NCBI GenBank assembly: GCA_028534125.1
Contig: CM052816.1
Span: 63,180,001-63,244,000, forward strand
From: Lama glama
Lineage: Eukaryota
Direction of reading: 5' to 3'
DNA: 64,000 bases
Shown: piece after piece, positions 50,129 to 63,289 of the stretch
How the letters are laid out: every line of letters starts with the position of its first letter
How positions within the stretch are numbered: the first letter of the stretch is position 1
Notes under the pieces: model-generated
Told to the model about the DNA's origin: nothing
Databases searched by the model: none
What the model saw: only the letters and a program-made list of their open reading frames with translations
Translations under genes and position numbers: made by a program

Positions 50129-50889
50129 AGAATGTATAGTAAAAAAAAAAATGTACAGTAATAGTGCCCGTTGGGGTAGGTAAGCAAAGGTCAGTGCTAT
50201 TGAGCAAATGTTAAATATAAACTCTAGATAAGCCCAGTGAGGCTAAGGTTGCACAACTATACATTCATTTTCTTAAATTCCAGCGAGAAATGTAACTATG
50301 CTACTATGAGTCTCTAGCTCCTAACCCACCTCTTCCCACTGAAACTACTATTTCCATCTTAATGAAGCTCAACTTCTCATGGTCCATTCTTAGCATGGTC
50401 TTGCACTCAAGGAAAGAACAGTCCTGAGAGTTGGAAAATAATCAGAACTCATTAGAGCTTTACTGACATCACCAAGGAAGTATTCCATTCATAACATACA
50501 ATATTTCTTAAAATTCCCTTTCCCTATCTCTTCTTTCAATTTTGTTCATTCACAGCAGATACCCTCCCATTTCTTTTTCCCATTTCTACAAACTCCCAAA
50601 TATCCCCCAAGCCTCAGCCTCAGTAGAATCTCTCCTTTCATTTTCCTAATCTATTCCACTGCCTTCTGCCAGTAACTATATTATTTCCAATGTAAATCTA
50701 GCTCAGCTTCCAGGCTTCTCCACAATTTCTGCTCTTGGCACATTATTTCCATTAAATAATTGCCAGTTCACCCATGAATGTGTCTGAGTAACAAAGGTAT
50801 TTTCCTCTTGGAAGGGTAGTGAAAGAGAACAACTAACACCCATTTTTCTTTAGTTCCATAACTAGCATGTTTGTCATACCAGAACAGAC

Positions 50890-51015
50890 TGATCCTATAT
50901 AATATTCTCAAAATGATAAAATTACAGAAATGTACATCAGATTAGTGCCTGTCAGGGGTTAAGGAAGGGGCGAGGGTGGGAGGGAAGTAGGTATGGCTAC
51001 AAAAGGGCAACATAA
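50890..51015 (+). mobile_element. Old L1 3' UTR fragment
   Basis: ATTCTCAAAATGATAAAATTACAGAAATG...AGATTAGTGCCTGTCAGGGGTTAAGG...AAAAGGGCAACA. Confidence 0.7.
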
Positions 51016-51839
51016 ATATTCATTAAACATCTTTAAATGCTACCATATTTTTAGCTATCTCTAAACAATATTCCAGATTTAAAGCTTTGAAGCAGTTATA
51101 AAAAGAAAATGGTGGGCCATGAACCATCTTTGCTTAGGTCTTGGGACTACACAGAACATTAAGGTAGAGCGGCCCCAACATTTAGCACGTGTGTGTGAGA
51201 TGTGTTTCTACTATAAATATGCTTGTATGCTATAGAATCCATTTAGACCTCACAACAGTGCTGAGTGATGGCCATTTTAACCTCATTATACCAATGAGAA
51301 AACTGGGGCAAAAAAGATGTTACATAATCTTCCCACACCCCCACGTCACAGGCAGAATCTGAACTCTGGCCTCTCAAACAACTTCTGGACACTCATTATG
51401 ACAACGCTGCCTCGGGAATCTCACCACGACCAGGATAATGAGGAGATGGTTGGGGAAAACATAATGTTCAGAAGCTCTTCAAGAGCTCTTAACTCCTCCA
51501 AAAAAGGTACCCCTGCTAAGGCCCCTCGGCTGAAAAAAGCACCGACTATTTAACTCCACAGGTGTTACCAGGGCAAAAGCAGGCAGAATCATGATCAACT
51601 TTGAAGAGGCAGCATATTGTCTGGGAACTTTTGTACCAACTATAACCACAGCCATGTCTTCACTTCTTCTCAGTCCAACAACAGGGCCTGGAGACCATGG
51701 CTGTGCTACCCAATCAGCCAGTTCCTGATCTACCCTCTCATCATTCCAGACACTATTTGGGACCAAGCACCCTGCCCCCCACCATGTCTGCTAGGACATC
51801 ACAGCATCTGCTCTTGAGATGGCCTGAAATTGGAAAGCT

Positions 51840-52090
51840 GAGCATTTTAATGGCTCAGAGACAGAACTTTGGAGTCAAACAGACAGGACACTGCCAGTTA
51901 CCCATTGGCAAGCTTGCTCCTATTTAACATCACTAAGCATCAGTTTCTTCATTAGAAAAATGAGGGTAAGAGTAGTGATCTCACAGGATGGTTTCAAGGA
52001 TGAACTTGAGGGATGCAGCATGCAGAGCAGGGTACCTAGCACAGGGTTAGTGCTGGATAAATGAAGGTCATTAACACTATTACTGTTGTA
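51840..52090 (+). mobile_element. MIR
   Basis: CTTTGGAGTCAAACAGAC...CATCAGTTTCTTCATTAGAAAAATGAGGGTAA...ACCTAGCACAG. Confidence 0.78.
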
Positions 52091-52097
52091 TCTAACC

Positions 52098-52290
52098 CAG
52101 TGCTGTCCAATAGACTGCCTGTGATGACAGAAACGTCCTATATCTGTGCTACTCTGCATGGCAGCCACTAGCCACGTGTAGTTACTCAGCACTTAACATG
52201 TGGCTAGTGTAAATGAGGAACTAAATTTTTGAATTCCATGCAATTTCAAAAGGTACATGTAGCCTGTGGCTACCATATAGGGCAGCACAG
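52098..52290. mobile_element. hAT-Charlie MITE (MER3-like)
   Basis: Termini CAGTGCTGTCCAATA and TATAGGGCAGCACAG; internal GCAGCCACTAGCCACGTG. The 8-bp flanks ATCTAACC and GTATAACC fit a decayed hAT TSD. Confidence 0.88.
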
Positions 52291-52546
52291 GTATAACCCT
52301 CAGTCAGTAATCAGGCCAGTTAGCCCAGATTAAACAGAACAAAACTGTAACTATCAACCTAAATGATCAGAATGGCACCATAAATGAAGTGTGCAAAATA
52401 TCACCTGCCTAATAAAGGTTTCCTTTTACAACAATAAAGAAGTACTACTCTATGTAGTGCTTATGTTTGTGGTAGACTTAGAACTAGATTTGGAACAGGC
52501 TCAAAGAACATTTTTTTAAAATCTTTAAAAGGGCAAGAAAGGAAGT

Positions 52547-52925
52547 GTGGTAAATTAAATTATTACTTAGCAAATATTCACTCCTTTCCCCTCCCACTTC
52601 CATGGAGGGAGAATGTTTCTCTGTCCTAATGATTTTAGATTTGTTCATGTGATTTGCTTTGACCTACAGAATGGGCGCAGAAACTTTAAGAGCCATCCAA
52701 TACATCTGCTCATGCCTCCAAGTTTCTGACTACCACCAAGTGAAGAGTGTGTCCCAGTCAGCTTCTGCCCTTCATCCTGATCCCAGAGTAAATTTGCACG
52801 GAACAAACGTGAACTTAACCCACAATATGAAGCAGAGGCACTCACAGACCCATGATCAAAAAATAAATGATTATTTTTGTATGCCACTGTGATTTTGTAG
52901 GTATCTGCTAAACAGAACTAACAAT
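52547..52925 (+). mobile_element. MaLR LTR (MLT1I/J-like)
   Basis: TGTGGTAAATT...CATGTGATTTGCTTTGACC...AAATAAATGATTATTTTTGTATGCCACTG. Confidence 0.72.
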
Positions 52926-53944
52926 TATTGAGTACCTCCATGCCAATTTAATCTGTATAGAACCTTATGCACTGAAAGATGAAAGAATTTGTTCAAGATC
53001 GTGATGAAACAGGAGTACCATATGAGGTCTGTTTATATTCACATGTTTAGATAAATTCATGGATAAAAGTATCCATTCTGAGTCATTAAAGGAATGAGGA
53101 TACTGGGAGACCAAGCTCTTAAACTGCTAATGTTGACATCAATACAGGCAGTTGTGATCTTCTCAAGCCTGGCTCTCGACGCCTGTGCCAGAGATGAATG
53201 GTTACCCCAGCTGGACCACTATCATCATCATTCTTCTACCCCCATCAAATGTTCTCATTCTTTCTTCCAAGTAAATTTTTTCTCTAGAATCTTTACAAAT
53301 AGAAAGAATATTCATTATGTAAATTTTCAACACATCTTGCCACATTTTGTAAACATTTATAAAATATGCATTGGAAAAACTCATACACAAGGCATGATTT
53401 TTGTCAGAAACATACTTATTAAACATCCATCTCTTCCACTAAAAAGCACTTTTCCATTTTTTATGAGCACTGAATTGGCCTTAATAAAACTTCTACTCGC
53501 TTTGTACATGTTTCTGCCTACATTATAGCACCTACCAACACATCACGCAGGATGTATCTCTATGATGATATGCTACCTTGGGACTAGTGTTATTGGAAGG
53601 CATGCCGGACCACAATACTACACATGCTTTATTTTGGGGTGGGAAGGGATGATAAAAATACATAGCTCAAACTATTTGGAAAGTAAATTTAAGAGAGGAA
53701 AATAGGTAGTAACTTGTGAAGCTCAGCTGAAGAAAACTGAATGAGTAGAGGTCATTTGTAATGACAATCACATTCTGACAACTTCTGGAGCATCGTGGTC
53801 TTCACTGTCTTGCTGCCTATCCTTTCTCCATTGCCAAGGCCAAAGAAGTCTCAGATCTCAATACCAGGCACGCATCTGAGGGACATTTTCATACCCTGAC
53901 AACCACACTTCTCCCACACCTTACACTGTCATCTCAATGACTGC

Positions 53945-54061
53945 AGAATGAAGAAAATGAGTGTATGTATGGATATGTAGGACTGAAACATGATGCTGTA
54001 CACCAGAAATTGACACAACACTGTAAACTGACTATACTTGAGTTTTAAAAAAAGTTTAAAA
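53945..54061 (+). mobile_element. Short L1 3' tail
   Basis: TGCTGTACACCAGAAATTGACACAACACTGTAAACTGACTATACTT plus an A-rich tail, flanked by AATGACT repeats. Confidence 0.88.
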
Positions 54062-55324
54062 AATGACTAGAGCGTGCAAGAATGCAGGCGTCCCTTTGTT
54101 GCTACATTTTCCTAATCTGCTCCCTCCTCCGAAGCTGATGCCTGTGCTGTCCCTGCGGAGGATGCCACGGAGGCTGACAAGAAGATGCAGAGGCTGCTGC
54201 ACTGAAGCCTGCGGTGTGACCAGGCCCTGCTGCGCTCTTCACTGAAGCAGAAAGGGACCTTCTTCCCCATGCATACACTACATTCTGTCACATCTGTCCC
54301 CAAACTGTGTTTCCCTGTAAGCCTAATGACTTACAGCCATTTCTTCCAAGCAGTATTTTCAGATATCACTCCCAGCCTGGTTTTACTTCTACCCAGGGGA
54401 TATGATATACATGATGCTCAGAATGGGCCAGCCCCTCTGATGTCAGCATGTTGTCCTTGACACAAACCTGAACTCTTCTGCTCTCTTGCCTTGAGATGGA
54501 CATTCCTGCAAATAGATCACTGACAAGTTCATCCTCCAGGAGTTAAATCTGGCATATCCAAAAATGTCTGAACACCAGCAGGAACACAATTTAAGCCCTC
54601 ACACTAATATGGAACCCCTGACTTTAAGTATAGAAAATAAGTATCTTGGACTTTAAGTATAGAAAATAAAACCTCAACTTATGATTTTGGTTACTTATTG
54701 GAAACTCTGTAGACTATCAGAACAAAAGGTCAAATGATCAGAGCCCAGTTTCCCTTAGTGAGTGCCTCAGCGTTCAAAGCAGTAGACCAGGGCTTTTACT
54801 TAAGACGGAAGACAGTGTTTCAACAGCAAACACATAGACATGCTTGACTATAAGAACATCACTTAAAATATATAGTAGGCTTCGAAGCAAAAAAAAAAAA
54901 TCTTCTCTAAGAATTTCATAAACAAGAAGGGAACTCGGGACTAAAAGAAGAGGAAGTTAATGTCTATACTGATGGAAAAGGCTCCAGGTCAAGGACTAGG
55001 CCCCCTGCATCAATCAATAGCCAATAAAGAGTTGCCCCATTGGCAAATGGGGGACTGGAAAAAAAATTGAAGTGCAGGGAACCAATATAAATGCACTTCA
55101 TCTGTCCTGCTCTGTGGTTGGACAAGGATCACCCAGAAAATCAGCACTCCAAACCTGTCCTCCACTACAGGTGAGCTGAAGTCATACTCTCTCCTTATGA
55201 ACTGGGGACACATTACACTTTAGCACTCTCAGTATGTGTCTGAATTATATCCACCACCATTGTAAATATTATCAGGACTCCTGTGTATTTAAAGCTGCAA
55301 AAACAATAACAAAGTCTCATCTGA

Positions 55325-58300
55325 TGGCAGAATCAGGATGGTGGAGTAAGAAGATCCTGAGCTCCCTTTCTCCCCCAGACACAACAAAACTGCAACTCCA
55401 TATAGAACAGCTGTCTCGGAGAGCAACCTCAAGACTAGCAGAACAGCTCTTTTACAGTTAAATGTATAAAGGATAAACCAAACTGACATGGGTAGGAGAG
55501 GCAGAGACACAATCTCATCACACTCCCAGCAGACAACCCACAAGAGAAAAGGGATATCACAAACTCACAGGTCCTCCAGAAGAAGCAATGGGCTTGAGTC
55601 CCACATGGGCACCCCTGTCCTGGGGACTGGATGCTGGGAAGGTAAGCCCCTTAACAGGTTTTTAAAACAAGAGGGGTTTATGCCCAGGAGAGCTAGAAGA
55701 TTATAGGAAACCAAGACTCTGCTCTTAAAAGGCTTGTGCACAAACTCATTTGCTCAGAATCTCAGCTCTGACTGGGGCATTTACAGGTTACAACCAACAT
55801 CACAAAAATACAAATAATTGTAAGAGAATACTATGAGCAATTATATGACAACAAATTGGACCGCATAGAAGAAATGGGTAAATTCCTAAAAACATACAAT
55901 ATTCCAAGACTAAATCAGAAAGAAATAGAAAATCTGAACAGATCAATTACTAGTAATGAAATTGAATCAGTAATTAAAAATCCCAATAAATGAAAGTCAA
56001 GGACAAAGGATTCACAGGGGAATTCTATCAAAGATTTAAAGAAGGATTAACATCTATCTTTTTCAAACTATTTAAAAAATAACTGAAGAGAAAGGATCTC
56101 AAAATTATTCTAAGGCCAGAATTACTCTGGTACCAAAACCAAAGATACTCCAAAAAAAGAAAAAGAAAAAGAAAAAGAAAAAGAAAAAGAAAAAGAAAAG
56201 AAAGAAAGAAAATTAGAGGCCAACAGCCCTGATGAAATGGATACAAATATCCACAACAAGATATTAGAAAATCTACTTCAACAATACGCCAAAAATATCA
56301 TCATAATCAAGTGGGATTTATTCCAGAGATGCAAGGATGGTTCAATATTCACAAATCAACATTAACAAAATGAAGGATAAAAATCACATGATAATCTCAA
56401 TAGATGCAGAAAAAACATTTAACAAAATTCAACATCCACTCATAATTATAAAAAAAAGAATAACTCAACAAAGTCAATACAGAGGGAACATACCTCAATA
56501 TAATAAAGGCAAACCCACAGCTATCATCATGCTGAATAGTGGAAAGCTGAAAGCTTTTCCTCTAAGATCAGGAATAAGGTAAATATGTTCACTCTCACCA
56601 CTTTTATTCAACATTGTACTGGAAATCCTAGCCACAGCACTCAGACAATAAAAAGAAATAAAAGGAATCCAAATTTGAAGAGAAGAAGTAAAACTATTGC
56701 ACATGACATGACACAATTTAGAGAAAATCTTAAAGTCTCTGCCCAAAACTTAAAATACACAAATTCAGTAAAGTTGTAGAATACAAAATTAATATATAGA
56801 AATCTGTTGCATTTCTCTACACTAATAACAAACTATCATAAAGAAAAAATTTCATTTGTAATAGCATCAAAAAGAAAAAAAATTCCTAGAAAGTAACTTA
56901 AACTAGGAGGTAAAAAACCTGAACTCTGAAAAACTATAAGACACCAATGAAAGAAATTAATAATGACACAAATAAAAGGAAAGATATATCCAGCTCATGG
57001 ATTGAAAGAATATTGTTAAAATGTCCATACTATCAAAAAGAATGTATAGATTCAATCTAATTCCTATCAAAACACCTATGGCATTTTTACACAATTAGAA
57101 CAAATATTTGAACATTTATAAGGAACCACAAAAAATCCCAAATAACCAAGACAATCTTGAGAATGAAGAACAAAACTGGAGGTATCATGCTTTCTGACTT
57201 CAACCATATTATAAAGCTATAGCAACCAATATAATCTGGTACTGGCACAAAAAAAAAGACACACAGATCAATGGTATAGAATAGAGAGCCCAGAAATAAA
57301 CCCATGCACATATGGTCAAGTAATCTATAACAAAGGAGGCAAGAATATAGAATGGGGAAAAGATAGTCTCTTCAATAAATTGTGTTGGGAAAACTGAACA
57401 GCTACATGTAAAAAAATGAACTTAGACCACTTTCTCATAGCATCTACGAAAAGAAACTCAAAATGGATTAAAGAATTAAATGTAAGATGTGGAACTATAA
57501 AACTCCTAGAAGAAAACATAGGCATACAGTCTGACATCAATCTTAGCAATATTTTTTTTGATCTGTCTCCTCAGGCAAGGGTAATAAAAGCAAAAATAAA
57601 CAAATGGCACTGTATCAAACTAAAAAGCTTTTGCACAGTAAAGGAAGACATCAATAAAATGAAAATGAATGAGAAGAGATATGTGCAAATGGTATGTCCA
57701 ATAAGAAGTTAATATCAAAATATATAAAAAAACTCATATACCCCAAAATCAAAAGAACAAATAATTTGATTAAAAAATAGGGAGAGAAGCTGAATAGACA
57801 TTTTTCCAAAGATGACATACAGATGAGCAACAGGTACATGAAAAGGTACTGAGTATCATCAATCATAAGAGAAATGCCAGTCAAAACCCCGTGAGATCTG
57901 CCTCACACCTATCAGAATGACTACCATCAAAAAGAAAGCAGATAACAAATGCTGGTGAGGATGTAGAGAAAGAAACCCTCATGTACTGCTGGTGGAAATG
58001 TAAATTGGTACAACCACCATGGAAAATAGTATGGAGGTTTCTCAAAAACTAAAATAGAACTACCATATGATCCAGCAATTCTACTTCCAGTTATTTTTCC
58101 AAAGAAAATAAAAACACTAATTTGAAAAGATATATGCAGCCCAATGTTCACTGTAGCATTATTTATAATAGCCAAGCTATGGTAGCAGCCTAAGTGTCCA
58201 TCAACAGATGACTGGATAAAGATGTAGAACACACACACATACACAGACACACACACACAATGTATATATACACAATGGAGTATTACTCAGGCAAAATAAA

Positions 58301-58700
58301 GAACGAAATCTTGCCATTTGTGACAACATGGATGACCCTGGAGGGTATTATGCTAAGTGAAAAAAGTTAGACAAAGACATATACTGTATGTTCTCATTTA
58401 TATTTGGAATCTAAAGAACAAAACAAACAAAACACAACAAAACAAACAGCGTCACAGATGTAGAGAACAAAATAGTGGCTGCCAGGTAGAGGGGAGGTGG
58501 AGGGATAGGCGAAGAGGATTAAGAGGTACAACCTATAAAATAAACAAGTCATGGGGATGTAATGTACAGCAAAGGGAATTTAGTAAACAATACTGCAATA
58601 ACTAAATAGTGCACAAATGTACAAAAATATCAAATCACCACGTTGTATACCTTAAACTAATAATATTGTAAGTCAACTATACTTCAATTAAAAACAAAAA
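55325..58700 (+). mobile_element. L1 with 5' UTR joined directly to mid-ORF2 (ORF1 and endonuclease absent); decayed RT and 3' UTR
   Basis: 5' end CAGGATGGTGGAGTAAGAAGATCCTGAGCTC. From 55787 it translates VTTNITKIQIIVREYYEQLYDNKLD. RT motifs KNHMIISIDAEK and [10 protein letters not shown] are present, with many stops and frameshifts. Ends ACTATACTTCAATTAAAAA. Confidence 0.93.
56151..56212. repeat. (GAAAAA)n microsatellite inside L1
   Basis: Directly visible. Confidence 0.9.
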
Positions 58701-59938
58701 GCAATAAAGTTAGCCTAACCTTTAATGTTCTGCATGTTTTCTCACTCCTCTTTATTTTCACTGGACTTTATAGGTTAGATCTAACCTACAGATAGATGTT
58801 TACTTTCTTATCTGCCTTCCCTCAGCTTCCTTTTAAAAAGGATTTTGTCTTATCTGCCTTTGTACTTCCTCACACGTGGCACAGAACCAATGCACAGTAA
58901 ATGAATAACAATGAAATAAGTGATGAAGACAACCTTTTTTGCAGTTTTTCCTAGAATCATGCGTCAAGAGGTGCAACCATTTGAAGAGAAAACTCCTTAT
59001 ATTTAGAGACCATTCATGCTCTATTTTAGGAAAGTCCATTGATGAAGAATGTTTGGGAAGGTTTCCATTCATATACTCGTATTCACCTCATATTCAACCA
59101 TGACTAACAATCGATGGGTTAGAGTAGGATTACATTATAGAGGCAAACTGTTTTAACACGTTTTTAATCTTCCTTTGATTCTGAAGTCCCTGAAGGATCT
59201 TCTTAGGCCTCAGGGGTAACATAGTATGAACATCTCACATGATTAAAATGGTATGGGGGAAAGAAAATATCTGAGGAATTTTGGGGGCAGCAGGGGGAAC
59301 TGTTTATTTGCTGTTTGGTATGGGTTCAGGATGAAGGGCATTTCCTACGGCTTTATATTCTGGATTCTATCCCACTGCCCTAAGAAGTCACCGGATAACA
59401 AGGGATGACGTATCACAGACGGTCACCCCCCAAGTTTCCAGTTCACAAACACAACTTCTTGCCCACCTCTTCCATGAAGCCCACCAGGGCCCCAGCCACG
59501 TGCTCTCTGTTCTCCCACAGCACTGCATTTGTTCCCTCTCCTGGCACTCACCACTTTCTAGAGCTCTTTGTATCCATGTTGCACCGAAGGCTCCTGAGGC
59601 CATAAAACCAAAATCACTTACCTCCACAATCCTCTCAGCCTTCAGCACACACATTTCAAAAAATACTTACAGTACTGATAGGGTCAAGTGAGGAAACACT
59701 TCAATCATCTGTAACATCCTCAAGTATTGAGGGCCTATGTAGCTACTCATAGGTTTGCGTTTTTTAAGGCTTCCATGGGTAGGGCAGAAATCTAAGATTT
59801 TATATAAAAGAAAATGAAGACAAGATGAGGAAAATTGACAGGGACAGGAGTATAGAAAGTTAGAGAGTCTAACCAGACAATACTTTTCTACAATATCAAA
59901 GGCCCTAGAAGAGCATCACAGAGCTGGCTCTGCCCCTT

Positions 59939-60022
59939 CCTCCTTTTCTGACCTCCTGACCTCCTTTCCTGACCATCTCTGACCTCCTTTTCTGACCTCT
60001 CTGACCTCCTTTCCTGACCATC
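59939..60022. repeat. About 44-bp tandem duplication built from CTGACC units
   Basis: CCTCCTTTTCTGACCTC(T)CTGACCTCCTTTCCTGACCATC at 59939-59977 and 59983-60022. Confidence 0.9.
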
Positions 60023-61379
60023 ACCTGTTCCCTAGACAATTACGATTCAGGTAGGGCAATGGGGAAGTGCTAAGCAATACCGTGCAAATGCATGTGCAGC
60101 TCTATTCGGCTCTCCATCCTGAGACTAAGAAACCACAGTAATAAATTCTTTGTTAGCAGAGAAGCCCTCAGGGTCACATGGCTTCTGTCCCCACTGGCAA
60201 TGCCTTTCTCATTTCCTTCTGTGCATGAGCACCACCCCTTAGGACGTGCAGCCCCAGCCGACGCCAGCACGGCTCTGAGACCTTGGAAAGAGAGCAGGAG
60301 TTAACTCTCCCTATTCTGCTTCCTCAGAGCTGCTTTTCCTACTGATCATAAACATTAACAATTAAACAGACATTTCATAAGGACCTTTTTCCAGCTGGCT
60401 GTTTCCACAAAATGCTCCAGAGGACACATGTCAGCCCTGAGGGAAATCACACCATGCAGATCCTCGGCGGCACAGAAGTCCGGGCTCAGTCGACTCGTCG
60501 GGTCCAAGCTTGTCTTTCCTCCCTCCCTCACCACCCTGCCTGACGTCCACCTTCACATGGATGCCTTCCAAGACGAAGCTGCTATTATAATGAGGAACTT
60601 GCTGCAGCGACAAAAACTAATTTCCATGTTAAACATTTAGAAATATTGAGAGCATTTTTTTCAGTGGTGTTTTGATGTGGAGGCATCATCAGTACCAAAC
60701 AGGGCACTGGAACCAGAGAGACGCATTAGAGCAGGTTACACAGCACGTGTGTTCTGACTACTGTGTGACAGCGCTTACTGACGAATCAGTCTCAGTAGGA
60801 ACCTGTTAATTACTCGGGAATCACTTTACACTTCCAAATGGCACACGGTCCCTTTACTGGGTCACAGCAAACCCCCAGTTACCAGTTACGACCCCGTAAG
60901 TTCTCAAGGTCCATCACAGATAGGCTTATTTTTTTCTGGGCAATTTGAAGGGTCAGAGAGAATGAAACAAGATCAGAACAGGTGTATCTGATACCCATTC
61001 TGAAATCCCAAAACAGCCCTCACTTGAACCTGTTATTTCAGTATGAGGACGGCAGCTGATGACAGCATCTGGGGTGTTGGTAGCTGTAGCTGAGTGGCAC
61101 TGGGTCCAAATAAAGCGGATGTGAAATGATCTCCTGAGAGAATCAGAATCAATGGGATGAGATAAAATCTCATAAAACCTTTTGATAAAAATCAAACTAT
61201 TGAACTACTGATAAACATTTGTTTATAAAGTGAATATAGAATGAATCTAAGAGCAATTTAAATATAAATATTTCATAACATCATCAAATTTACTAAACAA
61301 TTTTACCACAACATAATTATATGTGCTAAAATAATTTTCAAATAATATAACTATTTAGCAAAAATTAACTTTCTTATTT

Positions 61380-61900
61380 TTTTTAAAAGTACTATTGGGC
61401 TTTTATGATATGAAAGTATTCTTCAGACTTTCTCTTACTGATGTGCAAGTTCTCTTAATATGAGAATATTAATCCTCTATTATACAGGCCGAAAATGTTT
61501 CTCCCAGTTTGTCTTTTAATTAGCCTAATTTTTGGTTTTGGTTCATAGAGTGTAAGCTTTTATTATTCAAATTTGTATTCTTTTCCTTTTGTGTGCTGCA
61601 TTTGGTTCTTCTTAGAAAGTTCTTTCCTATCCTGAGACCAAATCTTCACCTAACAGTTTGATAAATGCAAAGAATTTATCTTAACGAATGAGGGGCAGTA
61701 AGGATCCAGTGTCATTGTCTTCTGAAGCGTTTACATTTGTACCAAAATGAGAATGACCTTCGAACCGGCTGCTCCTTAGACTGTCAGGTGACCCTCCCTC
61801 TTCCTCTTTCCTCTACTACATCAGAAGTTTACTTGCACTTAGACTTTCCCATAATCAAATAATCATTTATCTAAACCAGGCCAAATTGAGGCTCCTTTCC
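61380..61900 (-). mobile_element. Very old L1 ORF2 fragment
   Basis: ATATTAATCCTCTA...AAAATGTTTCTCCCAGTTTGTC...CTTAGAAAGTTCTTTCCTATCCTGAGA. Confidence 0.55.
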
Positions 61901-62284
61901 ACTGAGTAATCCACTAATTTCACAGAAATTCCTTCTCACCTTTAACACCTCCACAGACCTAATTATTGTTATTCAACACCTTCCTTGGATCCACAGCAAT
62001 GAAAGGGTGTTTTGCCTTCACCTATTTTCACGTAAGACATAACCAGCTGCACAGTAGGAACATGGGGTTAATGCGGAGTACCTCTCACTCGCTTATTCAG
62101 CCCTTGGGGTTCCAAAAAGCTGCTCTACTATCCACAGCTATGCGTGTTAATTCACTCGATAAGCACATATGTGATACTGAGCCAAGAATGAGGTGGAAAA
62201 GCATGCACAAGGACAACTATTTTTTTTACCCAGGAAGAGGCTTCAATCGAGTTCACAAACATATAAACTATATGATCATATATA

Positions 62285-62780
62285 CCATATGCAGTATTAT
62301 AAATTACGATAAAACATATATGCTTAAAATAACATTAAACATTAACTGTACCTCACAGTTCCTGTGCGTTAGGAATTCAAGAGCAGCTTGACTGGGCATT
62401 TCTGACACTGCAGTCGGGTGCTGACTGGGGTTACAGTCATCTGGAAGCTTTCCTGGAAAAGGAAGGTCTACTTCCAAACAGGCTGACCTACATAGCTAAC
62501 AAGTTGGGGCTGGGTTTTGTTGGGTGGCTTCAGTTCCTCTACACTTGGGCCTCTCTGCGGAGCTGCTTGAGTGTCCTCACAGCATGGTGACTGGCTTCCC
62601 CCATAGTGAGCAACCCAAGAGAACAAGATGAACACTGCAGTTCCCTCATTTGACCCAATCCGGGACATCACACTGTCACCTGTGTTACACTGGTCACACA
62701 GACCAGCCCTGATTCTGTGTGGGAGGGTACTCTACGAAGCTGTGACTACCAGGAGACACAACCATCAGAGCCACGCTGAG
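62285..62780 (-). mobile_element. MaLR LTR (MLT1F-like)
   Basis: GGGCCTCTCTGCGGAGCTGCTTGAGTGTCCTCACAGCATGGTGACTGGCTTCCCCCA; GGTCACACAGACCAGCCCTGATTC. Confidence 0.82.
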
Positions 62781-62804
62781 CAGGAAGGGGGCGTTGACAA
62801 AGGA

Positions 62805-62965
62805 GGCTTTCCTTTCGCCTCTCTCAGCCTCCACTTCCCCGTCTCCAAAGTGGCGATAATTACAGTACCCACCTCGTGGGATTCTGTTGAGAATGGGGAA
62901 TGTAAAGCATTTGAAATGTGATGATAGCATCCAGCATTCAGTGAGCAGTAAATAACAGCTAGCCA
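62805..62965 (+). mobile_element. MIR 3' half
   Basis: CTCTCAGCCTCCACTTCCCCGTCTCCAAAGTGGCGATAATTACAGTACCCACCTCGTGGGATT. Confidence 0.75.
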
Positions 62966-63085
62966 CGTATTGGTTTATTTATTTAATTGCTACTAATGGT
63001 TTTTATTCAAACACCCTGGAAAGGAGCACTCAATGGAAAAAAGTCAAACCTCTGAACTCAACAGTAAGTAGCAATAGTTCTGCAA

Positions 63086-63087
<2 letters not shown>

Positions 63088-63124
<37 letters not shown>
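63088..63124. repeat. (CA)n microsatellite
   Basis: Directly visible. Confidence 0.95.
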
Positions 63125-63126
<2 letters not shown>

Positions 63127-63289
63127 CTTGGTTAAACCACTCATTGCTACACTGACCTTGATGAAATCTATCAAAAAGGGTAAGAGACCTTAAGTAGAAA
63201 AGTGACATTACTGGCAGGTAGAAGGAATATCTAACAATTCTCAAGGACAGAAAGTAAAAGCAGGCTTCCAGAAACCTAGAAGAAGGAAG

